Source: Dehalococcoidales bacterium
Lineage (GTDB): Bacteria; Chloroflexota; Dehalococcoidia; Dehalococcoidales; RBG-16-60-22
Assembly: GCA_016930185.1 (NCBI GenBank)
Contig: JAFGHK010000033.1
Location: 4,034 to 68,033 of the forward strand
Reading direction: 5' to 3'
Length of the DNA: 64,000 nt
Numbering within the stretch: the first letter of the stretch is position 1; every line of letters begins with the position of its first letter. Position numbers and translations under genes: made by a program. Shown in pieces: positions 1-9,976 of the stretch. The notes below the pieces were generated by a model. It was given only the letters and a program-made list of their open reading frames with translations, did no database searches and was not told where the DNA came from.

Positions 1-234
1 GAGGCAATCAAGCTGGCGTCGGTCCTGCACGGGGCGGGCATCAGCGCCGCAACGGCAACGGGGAGTAAAAGCCTGAAAGCACAATTGCGGCAGGCCAACA
101 CGCTGGGGGCAAAGTACGCGGCGATAATCGGGGGGGATGAGGTAAAGGCAAAGACGGTAACTCTACGTAACATGACGGACGGGCAGCAGGAAACAATCGG
201 TGCTGGTGAACTAGCAGGAAAACTTACAGTATAG
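1..234 (+). CDS. hisS: histidine--tRNA ligase, C-terminal fragment (5' end lies outside the window)
   Basis: Frame 1 is open from the window edge to TAG at 232-234. The translation EAIKLASVLHGAGISA..SLKAQLRQANTLGAKYAAIIGGDEVKAKTVTLRNMTDGQQETI fits the class-II aaRS anticodon-binding domain pattern typical of HisRS C-termini. Confidence 0.6.
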   Translation, partial: EAIKLASVLHGAGISAATATGSKSLKAQLRQANTLGAKYAAIIGGDEVKAKTVTLRNMTDGQQETIGAGELAGKLTV

Positions 235-396
235 TATAATGAGAATATAAGCTTTTCTTTATATCCTCACATAAATATTTGGTCGTTTGTTGCCATCTTT
301 TTCGCAAAAAGAACGTTATTACAGGATAGAGGAAGCTGTTTGATAAAAACCCAAATAAATTTCTAGAAAATTACGTCGTTTTGTACGTACGGGGGG

Positions 397-424
397 TTGA
401 CAAAAAGGTTATTTATGCTATAGT
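397..424 (+). promoter_or_regulatory. candidate sigma70-type promoter (TTGACA-N16-TATAGT) upstream of the surface-protein gene
   Basis: TTGACA at 397-402 and TATAGT at 419-424 with a 16-nt spacer. It would give a leader of about 225 nt before the ATG at 650. Confidence 0.3.
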
Positions 425-649
425 TGAATAAAGTGTACCTTGCAAAAGGTGCGCAATACGTTATTTGTATTAAAAGGAGGTGATGCGATATTAAATCCCG
501 CCAAGGGGGACAGAGCTATGACGCTCTGACACTCGCTTCTAAGCTAGAATATCTCTGCAAACAAGATAAACTTAGAGGCATGCCTGTTATGCAGAGATAT
601 GGAATATTTGGAATACAAGGTAAATAACTAAGGAGAAAAATAAAAGTCG

Positions 650-3600
650 ATGAAAAAAATAATCAAAAAGTTCTGGGGAGTAGCGTTTGTAATAGTACTG
701 CTCTCCACGCTGTTGGTAGGAGCTATTCCGCAGGCCGCAGCAGGGAACTTCTTCCTCGGCGATTCGCTTAATACGCCGGGTAATGTAGTTTTCGCGACCA
801 CGGTCACCGCACCTGCTCCCGGCTTCGGCATCCTGGACGTAGCCCAAAGCGGAGCTACCATTTATGCCGTTGGCGATGCGGCCGGCGTTGAATACCTCTA
901 CAAGTCCACTGACGGCGGCAATACCTGGGTCCAAATAGCCACTCCTGCCGCACCCCTGGCCAACACCGCCCTTCTACCGAGCGGTGCCGGTATTACCTGG
1001 GGTCTGGTAGCGGTTGCTCCGGACGACCCGAATGTCGTCGTTGTGGTCAACACAGAGCCGTCGTTTGCTGACGTCGTATATCTGTCAATGAACGGCGGTA
1101 TCACCTTCAACGCCCTGCCTGCCACCGGCATGGACATCAACGCTGTCGATATCTCGATGCCGTTGATATTCCGGTATATAGCCATTGGCGGTAACACTGT
1201 CGCTCCCGCTGTGGCCTCCGGCGGCGGCGCCCTGCTCCACTGGAATATCGGGGCGGTAGCGCCTGCCTGGGCTGCGGTACCCAACTTTGCTAACCTCGGG
1301 GTCGACGATGTTGAGGATGTAGAATACTCCTCACAATTCATGGCCGACCAGTGCTTGCTGGCTATTACTGAAACCGTGGGCACATCGGTAGGCGCAGCAG
1401 GCGTTGACGGCCTTGTCGGTCTCCACGTTTACAGGTACGACCTGCTCGACTGGGACCAGAACGTCGATACCAGCTTCCCAAGATATATCACACGCCTGAC
1501 CAACCGTGAGATGGTGTGCGGCCATGCAAGCATGGTGCTGGATGGCAACTTCTACGTGGGCGATATATCTTCACAGATTGCCTTTATCGCCGCGAACATA
1601 ACCGCTAACACCACGGCTGTTGGGACACAGGTTGGTGGTATATACCGCGTTTACGGTTCGCCGGCAATTGTTACCGGTAACGCCACCGTTGCCCAGATTG
1701 ACACCGGCGGCGTACCCTACAACACCGTGGCCTGGGACGGCACCAACCTTATGGCCTCCCAACTTGGGCAAATGCCTACCGGTCTGGTTGTGCAGCGTTC
1801 CAGCGCTCCCCTGGCGCCATTCGTTACTTTCCTGCCGAACACGGCTGTAAAGACCCCCGGCACAGGCAACGCTACGATAGTCCTCTTCAACACTAGCAGC
1901 GGAAACGGCCTGGCCTTCTCGCAGGGTAACGGCAGCGCAATCTGCCGCACGCCCGATTACGGCAAGTCATGGAACGGTTTTGCGCTGGCGAATACCCGCT
2001 TAGCCCAATTCTTCAATCTCGGCACCTTTACGGATATGTGGTCCACTGCCGATGGTTCGACCAAGTACTTCATGGTCGATGACGCCGTCGACATAGCTGT
2101 CTGGAAACAGTCCGGCTTCACCTGGGAACGCGTGTTCATAAGGGCCGCTGCTACCGGCGAAAACTGGACCATCAACGCAGATGCCGATAACCCGGATTCT
2201 GTATTCATCGCCCGGGTAGGCGCTACAAGCATGTACAAGTCCACCGATGGTGGTAACACCGATTGGAACGTACGTACATCCTCGTTCAATATCTCGGATA
2301 TTGCCGTTCAGGATGCGAACACGGTCTATGTTGCGATCCAGGGCCAACCCTGGGTTCTTAAGGGAACCGGGCCCTTCACAATCTGGACCCTGATGGTCGT
2401 GCCCTTCACAGCCGGCGGCGGCAATTCTTACAGCCTCACCCTGCTTGCCGATGACCAGTTGATTGTCGGCGGAACGGCGGGCGGCGTAGCCTACACCACC
2501 GACGGAGGCACCACCTGGGTCTCCATGCTTAACCTCCTCGTTGCCGGTAATGTCGTGACTGCGGCAACCGGCCTGGCAACCGGAGACAGCGTCTATGCCG
2601 TTTCCAACGGCGGCGGCACTGTTTCACAGTGGACGTTTGGAACCAACCTGTTCATGTGGACGATAACCGGCCCGGCTATCTGGGCTGGCGGCCCTAAAGG
2701 CATCGCCCTCTCCAATGGCGTTCTATGGGTCATGGATAACAGGTCCAACAGGCTACACCGAATGCTGCGACCAGCAGTAGACTTTACCATAACGACTGGT
2801 AACCAGACATTACAGGTTACTGGCAACTACACCCATGGAATCAACACGTTACATGCACAGGAAGTAGGAACAACCTCAACAGTATGGGCAATCGATAATG
2901 CCGGTCTTGATCCTGTCGATAGCATCATTGATTACATACCCGTGCCCAGCACCGTTCCTACGCTGGTTTACCCGCTGGACGGCACCATGATACCGGTCAA
3001 CAGCTTAAACGGCGCGGTGTCAACCTTCATCTTCAAGTGGACATCGCCCCCGGTCGTTGTAATCCCGGTTCAAGCTTACAGCTATAACATCGAGATATAT
3101 CTCGACTCGGCCGGTTTGATACCGGTAGCCGGTTCCGCGGTTAATCCAATACCCGCAGTCGCCTCTGTACTGCCGGATCAGTCTTACGATTCAGCTACTG
3201 CCGGCTTAACAGGTGCAGTCGGCATTGCAGTTCCCGGTGAGACCTACTACTGGAGAGTAAGGGTTGAAATGGGTGCCCCGGTGGAAAGCTACTGGACAGA
3301 AATGCAGAGCTTCACTATCGAACAGCTGGTAGCTATCGTACCGGTCATCGCTTCACCGGTGAACGGTGGGGAAGTCAACACAACGACTCCAGGCTTCTCG
3401 TGGAGCCCGATTTCTGGGGCCACCAGCTATCGCTTCGAACTGGCAACCGACTCTGACTTCACCGATATTGTTTACACAGTTGATCCCTCGACCGCCGGTG
3501 CGCAGCTGCCTTCGACAATAACACTCGAACGCGGCATGCAGTACTTCTGGCGCGTCAAGACACTCACACCTACCGAGGGTGAATGGTCAACAGTTGCCAA

Positions 3601-3835
3601 CTTCGTAGTAGCTGAGCTTCCGCCCGAAACCACTCCAGTTACTATCACCACGGCTCCGCAACCCACAATTACTAATATCATCGAGCAGCCGGCAGCCACC
3701 ACCACGGTTATAACTGTCCCGCCTGTTGAAGAGAAGGTAGTCAATCCTTCTTACATCTGGGCCATTATCGTGGTTGGCGCGGTTCTGGTGATTGCGGTAA
3801 TCATCCTGATTGTCAGAACAAGACGAACAGTCTAA
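650..3835 (+). CDS. BNR/Asp-box repeat cell-surface (S-layer-like) protein with an N-terminal signal/anchor, two C-terminal FN3-like repeats, a Thr/Pro linker and a C-terminal TM anchor
   Basis: AAGGAG lies 13 nt upstream of the ATG. The hydrophobic N-terminus is FWGVAFVIVLLSTLLVGAIPQAAA. Asp-box motifs include YKSTDGGNTW, YKSTDGGNTDW, YTTDGGTTW and TPDYGKSW. The C-terminal repeats contain TPGFSWSPISGATSYRFELATDSDF..YFWRVKT. A PETTPVTITTAPQPT linker is followed by the TM helix IWAIIVVGAVLVIAVIILIV and the tail RTRRTV. Confidence 0.8.
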   Translation: MKKIIKKFWGVAFVIVLLSTLLVGAIPQAAAGNFFLGDSLNTPGNVVFATTVTAPAPGFGILDVAQSGATIYAVGDAAGVEYLYKSTDGGNTWVQIATPAAPLANTALLPSGAGITWGLVAVAPDDPNVVVVVNTEPSFADVVYLSMNGGITFNALPATGMDINAVDISMPLIFRYIAIGGNTVAPAVASGGGALLHWNIGAVAPAWAAVPNFANLGVDDVEDVEYSSQFMADQCLLAITETVGTSVGAAGVDGLVGLHVYRYDLLDWDQNVDTSFPRYITRLTNREMVCGHASMVLDGNFYVGDISSQIAFIAANITANTTAVGTQVGGIYRVYGSPAIVTGNATVAQIDTGGVPYNTVAWDGTNLMASQLGQMPTGLVVQRSSAPLAPFVTFLPNTAVKTPGTGNATIVLFNTSSGNGLAFSQGNGSAICRTPDYGKSWNGFALANTRLAQFFNLGTFTDMWSTADGSTKYFMVDDAVDIAVWKQSGFTWERVFIRAAATGENWTINADADNPDSVFIARVGATSMYKSTDGGNTDWNVRTSSFNISDIAVQDANTVYVAIQGQPWVLKGTGPFTIWTLMVVPFTAGGGNSYSLTLLADDQLIVGGTAGGVAYTTDGGTTWVSMLNLLVAGNVVTAATGLATGDSVYAVSNGGGTVSQWTFGTNLFMWTITGPAIWAGGPKGIALSNGVLWVMDNRSNRLHRMLRPAVDFTITTGNQTLQVTGNYTHGINTLHAQEVGTTSTVWAIDNAGLDPVDSIIDYIPVPSTVPTLVYPLDGTMIPVNSLNGAVSTFIFKWTSPPVVVIPVQAYSYNIEIYLDSAGLIPVAGSAVNPIPAVASVLPDQSYDSATAGLTGAVGIAVPGETYYWRVRVEMGAPVESYWTEMQSFTIEQLVAIVPVIASPVNGGEVNTTTPGFSWSPISGATSYRFELATDSDFTDIVYTVDPSTAGAQLPSTITLERGMQYFWRVKTLTPTEGEWSTVANFVVAELPPETTPVTITTAPQPTITNIIEQPAATTTVITVPPVEEKVVNPSYIWAIIVVGAVLVIAVIILIVRTRRTV

Positions 3836-3872
3836 AGGTCTGACCTGACGGATAGCCTTCTTACGAAGGAAC

Positions 3873-3908
3873 GAGAGCCCCGACGAATGTCGGGGCTCTC
3901 TCTTTTTC
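3873..3908. terminator. bidirectional rho-independent terminator between convergent genes
   Basis: A perfect 12-bp stem, GAGAGCCCCGAC (3873-3884) and GTCGGGGCTCTC (3889-3900), encloses a GAAT loop and is followed by TCTTTTT. It sits between the stop at 3835 (+) and the stop at 3949 (-). Confidence 0.7.
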
Positions 3909-3948
3909 AGGGAACATAGTGAAAGGTTAAAATTATATCAAAATCCGT

Positions 3949-5205
3949 TCAATCAGGGGGAATGAGTACCTGGACAGCTACCACCTCACCGGCCGATAAA
4001 GAGTTAATTCCTTCCGGGACGCAGAGAAGGCCGTTAGCGCTGGCGATTGCCTGCAAACGGCTTCGGTGTTTATAAAGCCGAACATGATAATCGCCTTGAG
4101 CATCGCGCGAGAGTATGGCATCTTTAAATTCCGTCCAGGCGGGGTGGCGGCCCTCAACATTTTCTCCAAGCCTGGCGGTAACGGTGGGGAGGGGATGTTT
4201 AGTATCGCCGCACATGCGGAGTAATCCCGGGAGGGCAAGCTGGATAAAAGCCATCTCATTACTGGCCGGTCCGCCGGGCAGACAGAAAATTGGCTTCCCT
4301 TCCAAAAATCCGAAGGCTATACCCTTGCCGGGACCCAGGCGCACGTGATGGAATATCTCGCGCCAGCCAAGCTCATCCAATACGCCTACAACAAGGTCCC
4401 GTTCGCTGCCCCAGGCTCCACCGCTGGTAAGAATAACATCGGCATCCTTAATATGCCTGGTTAATGCGTTTTTAATAGCGGCCCGATTATCATTGGCAAT
4501 TGAAGCAGTGCTGGATATACCGAAAGAAACCAGCCAGGCTTCCATGGTAACAAGGTTGCTGGCATAGAGCTGGCCGGGGTTAAGGTCGGCGCCGGGGGCA
4601 ACTACTTCATCACCCACACCGATTATCGCGGTAGCAGGCCGACGGTAAACGCCGACTTGATTGATACCAGCGGCCGCCGTCATTCCCAGATAGCCTGGTA
4701 AAAGCCTGCCCCCTTTTTTAACGATGATATGTCCTGCCCGCACTTCCCCTCCGGCAACCAGCACATTGCGTCCTCTGCCGGCATCGGCTTTAACCAGGAC
4801 CTCATCTGGAGAGATTTCCTCACAAAGCTCCTCTGATACTACCGCTTCAGCGCCCGATGGAATCGGCGCACCGGAACACACTTTAACCGTGCTGCCCGGC
4901 ATCACTTTAAGGTTATGACGGCTGCCAGCGTAGACAGAACCGGTAATTTTTAAACGGACAGGATGCCGCACCGAGGCTTTGGCAACGTCCGCAGAAACAA
5001 CGGCATATCCGTCTTTTAAAGTAACATCAGCCGAGGGATAGCTTACTGTGGCGATGACATCCTCGGCAGCGATACGGCCCACGCTTAAAGCCATGGGCAG
5101 TTCCTCTACGCCGACGGTTTTTACATTGTCGCAAATAAGCTTTAGGGCTTCTCCATAACCAACGTAGCCGATGCCTTCATCAATTTCATTGGTTTTTTCT
5201 TCCAT
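3949..5205 (-). CDS. moeA: molybdopterin molybdenumtransferase MoeA
   Basis: The 418-aa protein has the N-terminal pattern ..SVGRIAAEDVIATVSYPSADVTLKDGYAV and a central MoCF-biosynthesis domain (ILTSGGAWGSERDLV). Length and domain order are typical of MoeA. Confidence 0.85.
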   Translation of the reverse strand: MEEKTNEIDEGIGYVGYGEALKLICDNVKTVGVEELPMALSVGRIAAEDVIATVSYPSADVTLKDGYAVVSADVAKASVRHPVRLKITGSVYAGSRHNLKVMPGSTVKVCSGAPIPSGAEAVVSEELCEEISPDEVLVKADAGRGRNVLVAGGEVRAGHIIVKKGGRLLPGYLGMTAAAGINQVGVYRRPATAIIGVGDEVVAPGADLNPGQLYASNLVTMEAWLVSFGISSTASIANDNRAAIKNALTRHIKDADVILTSGGAWGSERDLVVGVLDELGWREIFHHVRLGPGKGIAFGFLEGKPIFCLPGGPASNEMAFIQLALPGLLRMCGDTKHPLPTVTARLGENVEGRHPAWTEFKDAILSRDAQGDYHVRLYKHRSRLQAIASANGLLCVPEGINSLSAGEVVAVQVLIPPD

Positions 5206-5284
5206 ATCCGCCGTGTTCCTCTATTGACTATGATTCATAGTATATACTCCAGAGATAAGCTTGTTCAAATAAACAAGAAAAAAA

Positions 5285-8200
5285 TTGACTTTGTTTTTTT
5301 TAAAGAGTAAAATTCGCCATGTGTCAAATAAACATAACGGCCGATATGTATTTTACACAGTATCCCTCACAACGATTACTATTATCCTATTACTGAACTT
5401 CACCGTTTTTTCACCGCATCCAGTACTTACCGCTACTCCCGAGGTTTTAAGATGGACAAGAGTTGACATCCCTGCCGAAGGGGAGGTGGGGGGTTGGGCA
5501 TTAGCCAGCGGCTCCGATATCAAACACCTGACTGCCGCTGCCGACGGCACCCTCTATGCTTACGGCGAGGGGCTTACATACACCCTGTATAAATCTACGG
5601 ACAGGGGCTTTAAGTGGACCTCCATCGGCAACGTACAGGACACAATAATAGATATCGCCGTTTCACCGTACGATGCCAATATCATCTATTACGCCACCGT
5701 AACAGCAATATACCGATCCGCTGACGGAGGTATGAGCTTTCAACTATTGCCTCCGAGTCCCGGCGGGGCCGGAACCGGCAATATAACCATAACGTCGATA
5801 GCAATAACCCAGCTAAATAATAACATCATCGCGGTTGGTACCAGAGACACCGATAATGGCGAATTCGGCGGGGTATACATATTAAACGAGGGAGATATTG
5901 TACCCAGCTGGACCGACAGCGGCATAGGGAGTTATGACGTATATGAATTAGCATTTTCGCCGAGCTATGTTATCGACCGGCAAATAATAGCCGTGGCAAC
6001 TGATGAAACAGATACATTTATACACAATAAAATAGGCAACGCGGACTGGGACGCTTTTATCGGTCCATCCAGATTGAATAGAGATAATTTCATTCCCCAA
6101 AACGCCGTTGTCGCCGAGGATGCTGTGATTACATTCCCAGCTAATTATTGTGCGGATACTTCTTCCGGAAACAGCTTTTTCTTCGTCGGCATTGATACAG
6201 AAACAGGGAATGGTGACGTATATAAGATAAACTGTGTCGATGCGCCGGGGGAGTCTATAGCTACCGACCTGAATTGCGGGGCAGCTTATGGTGAAACTAA
6301 TACCGATATCACGGGGCTAACGGTATACTACGACGGGCAGCACTCAATCATAATAGCCGGTGCCGCCTCAAGCTGCCATATCTATACTACCATCGACGGC
6401 GGTATATCATGGGAAAAGAGTAAAAAGACACCCACAGGCAATACGGACACAGTAGTAGTAGCGCCTGATTTTGCAACGACTGGCTTGATATATGCCGCTA
6501 CGAGTGGCAACGGGAGCGCTATATCCATTAGTCACGACATAGGGCAAAGCTGGAACCAGATAAGCCTGATTGACACAGCCATTACCAGTATAAACGACTT
6601 TACACCGTCTCCGAACTTAAATATAAGCAGCGATATATTCATGATTACTTTTGGAGGGGAATATAATCTCTGGCGTAGTGAGGATGACGGCTCTACCTGG
6701 GAAAGGATTTTGTCCAGCGATATACCCGGAGTGGACAGCCTGGACATGGTGGGGCTTCCTCCCCAATACGGAAGCAATTGCCAAACGTTATTCGCTGCCG
6801 GCAACAGCAACGGCCAGCCGGCCGTCTGGGAATCTAAAGACAGCGGCCAGAGCTTCCAGTGCCGCTTTACCCACGAACCCGGCACCGGTACAGCTTTTAC
6901 CATCTATGCCTGGGTGATTACCGGAGAGACCGCTTTTTATGCGGGCAGCTACAACGGTTCCCAGGCCAAGATTTACCGGACTATGAATAGTGGATTTTCT
7001 TATTCTGAAGGCGCCAGGGCGGGGACCGATTCATTCAATTCGCTGGTCGCATCTCCCGACTTTGAAGAAGATGGCACGCTGCTGGCGGGAAACGACAATG
7101 GGGGAATATATTATTCCAGTGATAACGGTTACTCATTTCAACCACTCCCGTTTTACACTACCACACCGCCGCTTACCGGTTTTATTTCAGTTGCTTTCGA
7201 CCCGGACTTCAAGACCAACCAAACCGTTTATGCCGCCAGCGATACCCCCGGCAGCGGGCTTTATCGTTTTATCATCGGCCAGAGCGATGAGTGGCAGAGT
7301 ATCGGCGGTAGCCTGCCGGCCGGGGCTGTAGTAAATCGACTAGCTGTTTCCGCTAGCGGCGTTCTTTATGCCGTAAGCTTAAATCCGGACGACGGCATGG
7401 AACGCTGCCTTAATCCCAGGTGGACAACCGGACCGACATTTGAAACGGTGACACTCGGTTTGAGTTCAGGCGCTACGCTGTCCGGCCTGTGGCAAAGCAC
7501 CGGCCGATTATGGTCGATAGATAGTGCAAATGGCAAACTTATGACCTATTACGACACACTGACATCGCCGGCAGTGCAGGTCACCCCGGAAAACGGAACA
7601 ACAGGTATGGGGAGTCTGGTCGACCACACCGTGAGGAATATAACCCTCGACTGGGAAACGATGAACGGGGCCACAAACTACGAATGGCAATGCACTTATA
7701 ATACCGATTTCTCCACCATCCCGGCGGGTCTTAACGGGACGACATCAGCCAGCTCTATTATCATCACAGCCCTCGAACCGGCCACCACCTATCACTGGCG
7801 GGTGCGGGCTCGCGCCCCCGTTTACAGTCCGTGGTCGCCTAAGTGGTCGTTCACGACCTGTATGGATACCGAAGGAGTGAATCTACAGCCGGAGATGCCC
7901 GCGGCCGGGGCCGAAGGAGTATCCGTAAGGCCCGTTTTCCAGTGGTCGGCGGTAATCGGGGCGGAGACATATGAACTGCTGGTAGCCACCGATGCCGATT
8001 TCATGCACCCCGTTATCGCTAAAATGAATGAGTATGCCCTCTCCACTAATGTATGGCAATGCGATGTCAGCCTGGACTACGCAACGCACTATTACTGGAA
8101 AATCAGGGCTACCACCGCCAGCACCAGCAGCGCCTGGAGCTCTGTGAGTGTATTTACCACGGAGTCGGCACCCGCTGCGGATGAAACCCCGCCGACGGAA

Positions 8201-8467
8201 GAGCCGGAAATCACACCGACAACCAACGAACCGGTAATGTCGCTATCTTCGCTAAGCAACATCCAGTCTTTTTCTAACAATCCTTCTTCAGAACAATCAG
8301 CACCGCTGCCTCCTGCATCGTCAACGGCACCAACTCCGACGACGATAATTAATCAGCTGCCCGATATACCTAGCTGGCTGATTTACCTTATCGGGGGGCT
8401 ACTGGGAATAGTCTTCATGGCGCTTCTGATAGTGCTTGTGATTGTGCTGAAAATAAGACGGTATTAA
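5285..8467 (+). CDS. BNR/Asp-box repeat cell-surface protein, architectural paralogue of 650..3835
   Basis: 1060 aa with a non-ATG start (TTG at 5285, so the exact start is uncertain). Signal anchor is VFYTVSLTTITIILLLNFTVFS. Asp-boxes include YKSTDRGFKW, YRSADGGMSF, TIDGGISW, SHDIGQSW, RSEDDGSTW and ESKDSGQSF. Two C-terminal repeats contain LDWETMNGATNYEWQ..YHWRVRA and FQWSAVIGAETYELLVATDADF..YYWKIRA. A Pro/Thr/Ser linker precedes the C-terminal TM helix and the tail KIRRY. Confidence 0.8.
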   Translation: MTLFFLKSKIRHVSNKHNGRYVFYTVSLTTITIILLLNFTVFSPHPVLTATPEVLRWTRVDIPAEGEVGGWALASGSDIKHLTAAADGTLYAYGEGLTYTLYKSTDRGFKWTSIGNVQDTIIDIAVSPYDANIIYYATVTAIYRSADGGMSFQLLPPSPGGAGTGNITITSIAITQLNNNIIAVGTRDTDNGEFGGVYILNEGDIVPSWTDSGIGSYDVYELAFSPSYVIDRQIIAVATDETDTFIHNKIGNADWDAFIGPSRLNRDNFIPQNAVVAEDAVITFPANYCADTSSGNSFFFVGIDTETGNGDVYKINCVDAPGESIATDLNCGAAYGETNTDITGLTVYYDGQHSIIIAGAASSCHIYTTIDGGISWEKSKKTPTGNTDTVVVAPDFATTGLIYAATSGNGSAISISHDIGQSWNQISLIDTAITSINDFTPSPNLNISSDIFMITFGGEYNLWRSEDDGSTWERILSSDIPGVDSLDMVGLPPQYGSNCQTLFAAGNSNGQPAVWESKDSGQSFQCRFTHEPGTGTAFTIYAWVITGETAFYAGSYNGSQAKIYRTMNSGFSYSEGARAGTDSFNSLVASPDFEEDGTLLAGNDNGGIYYSSDNGYSFQPLPFYTTTPPLTGFISVAFDPDFKTNQTVYAASDTPGSGLYRFIIGQSDEWQSIGGSLPAGAVVNRLAVSASGVLYAVSLNPDDGMERCLNPRWTTGPTFETVTLGLSSGATLSGLWQSTGRLWSIDSANGKLMTYYDTLTSPAVQVTPENGTTGMGSLVDHTVRNITLDWETMNGATNYEWQCTYNTDFSTIPAGLNGTTSASSIIITALEPATTYHWRVRARAPVYSPWSPKWSFTTCMDTEGVNLQPEMPAAGAEGVSVRPVFQWSAVIGAETYELLVATDADFMHPVIAKMNEYALSTNVWQCDVSLDYATHYYWKIRATTASTSSAWSSVSVFTTESAPAADETPPTEEPEITPTTNEPVMSLSSLSNIQSFSNNPSSEQSAPLPPASSTAPTPTTIINQLPDIPSWLIYLIGGLLGIVFMALLIVLVIVLKIRRY

Positions 8468-8550
8468 ATAGACCGGCAATTGATATCAGATTTGACGCGC
8501 CATCTATAAAGCATTACACTTTTTCAAAGAACAAAGCAAGGGAGGTCAAC

Positions 8551-8745
8551 ATGCCACTAGTAACGATAAAAATCATCGAAGGCAGGACAAAAGAACAGAA
8601 AAGAGGCTTGGCGAAAGACGTGACCGGGGCGATTGCTAAAAATATCGGTTGCCCGGATAGCGCAGTGACAATCGATATTGTTGAGATGAAACCAGAAAAC
8701 GTATCCCAGGGTGGTATACTTTTTTCCGATAAACCTCCGATGTAG
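8551..8745 (+). CDS. 4-oxalocrotonate tautomerase family protein
   Basis: 64 aa starting MPLVTIKIIEGRTKEQKRGLAKDVTGAI. The Pro-1, beta-alpha-beta signature and size match the tautomerase superfamily. GGAGG lies upstream. Confidence 0.8.
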   Translation: MPLVTIKIIEGRTKEQKRGLAKDVTGAIAKNIGCPDSAVTIDIVEMKPENVSQGGILFSDKPPM

Positions 8746-8795
8746 CCTTAAACCACTAATATTATAGATTCTCCAATGGACAACGGGAGGTAAAT

Positions 8796-9356
8796 ATGAA
8801 AGTCCTGGCTATGATGGCCAGCCCGCGTATCAAGGGCAACTCCGATATACTCCTCGACGAGGCTATAAAAGGGGCGCAGACCGCCGGGGCGGTAGTGGAA
8901 AAAATAGTCCTTGACAAGCTTAGGATTACGCCCTGTAAAGAAATATACCATTGCCTCAAGGACGGTACATGTCCCCTTAGAGACGACATGACCGGGATTT
9001 ACGATAAAATTCTCGCAACCGACGCCATCATCATCGCCACGCCTATTTTCTTCTACACCGTCAGCGCGCAGCTTATGGCATTTATCAGTCGGTGCCAAGC
9101 GTTCTGGTCGAGGAAATACGTATTGAAAAACCTGGACATTCCGTTAAAGAGGGGCGGCTTTATCTGCGTGGGGGCGACAAAGGGTATCAGGCTTTTCGAG
9201 GGACCCAAGCTGACGATGAAGTATTTCTTCCAGGCAATCAACGCCGAATACAAGGAAGAGCTGCTGATAAGAGGCGTCGATAAGAAGGGAGAAATCAACG
9301 ACCACCCCGAATATCTCACCGCCGCCTACGAACTCGGTAAGAAGCTGGTCTCTTAG
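8796..9356 (+). CDS. flavodoxin-like fold FMN reductase / iron-sulfur flavoprotein family protein
   Basis: 186 aa. The N-terminus MKVLAMMASPRIKGNSDILLDEAIKGA and the motif IIIATPIFFYTVSAQLMAFISR are typical of NADPH-dependent FMN reductase and iron-sulfur flavoproteins. Confidence 0.7.
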   Translation: MKVLAMMASPRIKGNSDILLDEAIKGAQTAGAVVEKIVLDKLRITPCKEIYHCLKDGTCPLRDDMTGIYDKILATDAIIIATPIFFYTVSAQLMAFISRCQAFWSRKYVLKNLDIPLKRGGFICVGATKGIRLFEGPKLTMKYFFQAINAEYKEELLIRGVDKKGEINDHPEYLTAAYELGKKLVS

Positions 9357-9588
9357 CCGGACTTCCGCTCGCCCCGGACGCTAATGGTGATATCTTATAG
9401 TTCCGGCTATCATTTAGCGCGTTCTTTTTTCACAACTATCTTAATCGGCCAGGGTTTCATGCACAGTCCGGACATGCTGCATGACTGTACACAGGAAATA
9501 CACCGTCTATTATCGCTTTTTATTTTTCCGGTTGGTTTAATTTTATTTTTACCTGATTTAAAAATCACAGTTCTCTCCCAAAATATAG

Positions 9589-9819
9589 CTATTTTTCTCC
9601 ATGAAGCGCTTTCCAGCGCTCTTCGCCGAGGCACTGTTTGGCGGAAGGACACCACTCTATACAGGAGGGGGTCTGTTCTTTATAAACATATTCGCCGCAC
9701 TTTTTACACTTGATTCTAAGTTCATCGGAGAACATCTCCACCTCGGCACCGCAATTGGGGCATTTATACATAGCGGCGCGTAGATTCCTCATGTCCTGAC
9801 CGGGGCATTTAGCTTCCAT
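9589..9819 (-). CDS. small cysteine-rich zinc-ribbon protein
   Basis: 76 aa with paired CxxC motifs (CPNCG..CKKCG) plus further Cys residues (CIEWCPSAKQC). GGAGGTG lies upstream of the ATG. Confidence 0.5.
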   Translation of the reverse strand: MEAKCPGQDMRNLRAAMYKCPNCGAEVEMFSDELRIKCKKCGEYVYKEQTPSCIEWCPSAKQCLGEERWKALHGEK

Positions 9820-9976
9820 GAGTTACACCTCCCCAAGCTGTAAAAATTATACAGGCAACTTAATTAGTAATCTAGGACATAAGTCACAGTGGATTCAGGT
9901 TTGACTTATCAAGGTTTTTGGTGCTAAATAGAAAGAGCATTTTCCAGAATTTTGTACGACAGCTGGAGGTAATCTT

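Noticed and set aside
898-1383. Many 60-260 aa ORFs antisense to or out of frame within long genes. Examples are 898..1383, 2000..2347, 6532..6903, 11050..11733, 11876..12406, 16263..16781, 17382..18176, 21709..22239, 22692..23009, 29555..30016, 30046..30489 and 43915..44331.
   Set aside because: They lie fully inside well-supported genes with clear family signatures. Their composition is Arg/Pro/Ser/Ala-rich, as is typical of shadow frames in GC-rich DNA, and they lack ribosome-binding sites.
9384-9713. 109-aa + strand ORF and its 81-aa antisense partner in the 9.36-9.59 kb spacer.
   Set aside because: There is no RBS or family resemblance, and the ORF runs into the convergent zinc-ribbon gene. 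The region is AT-rich and was probably intergenic sequence.
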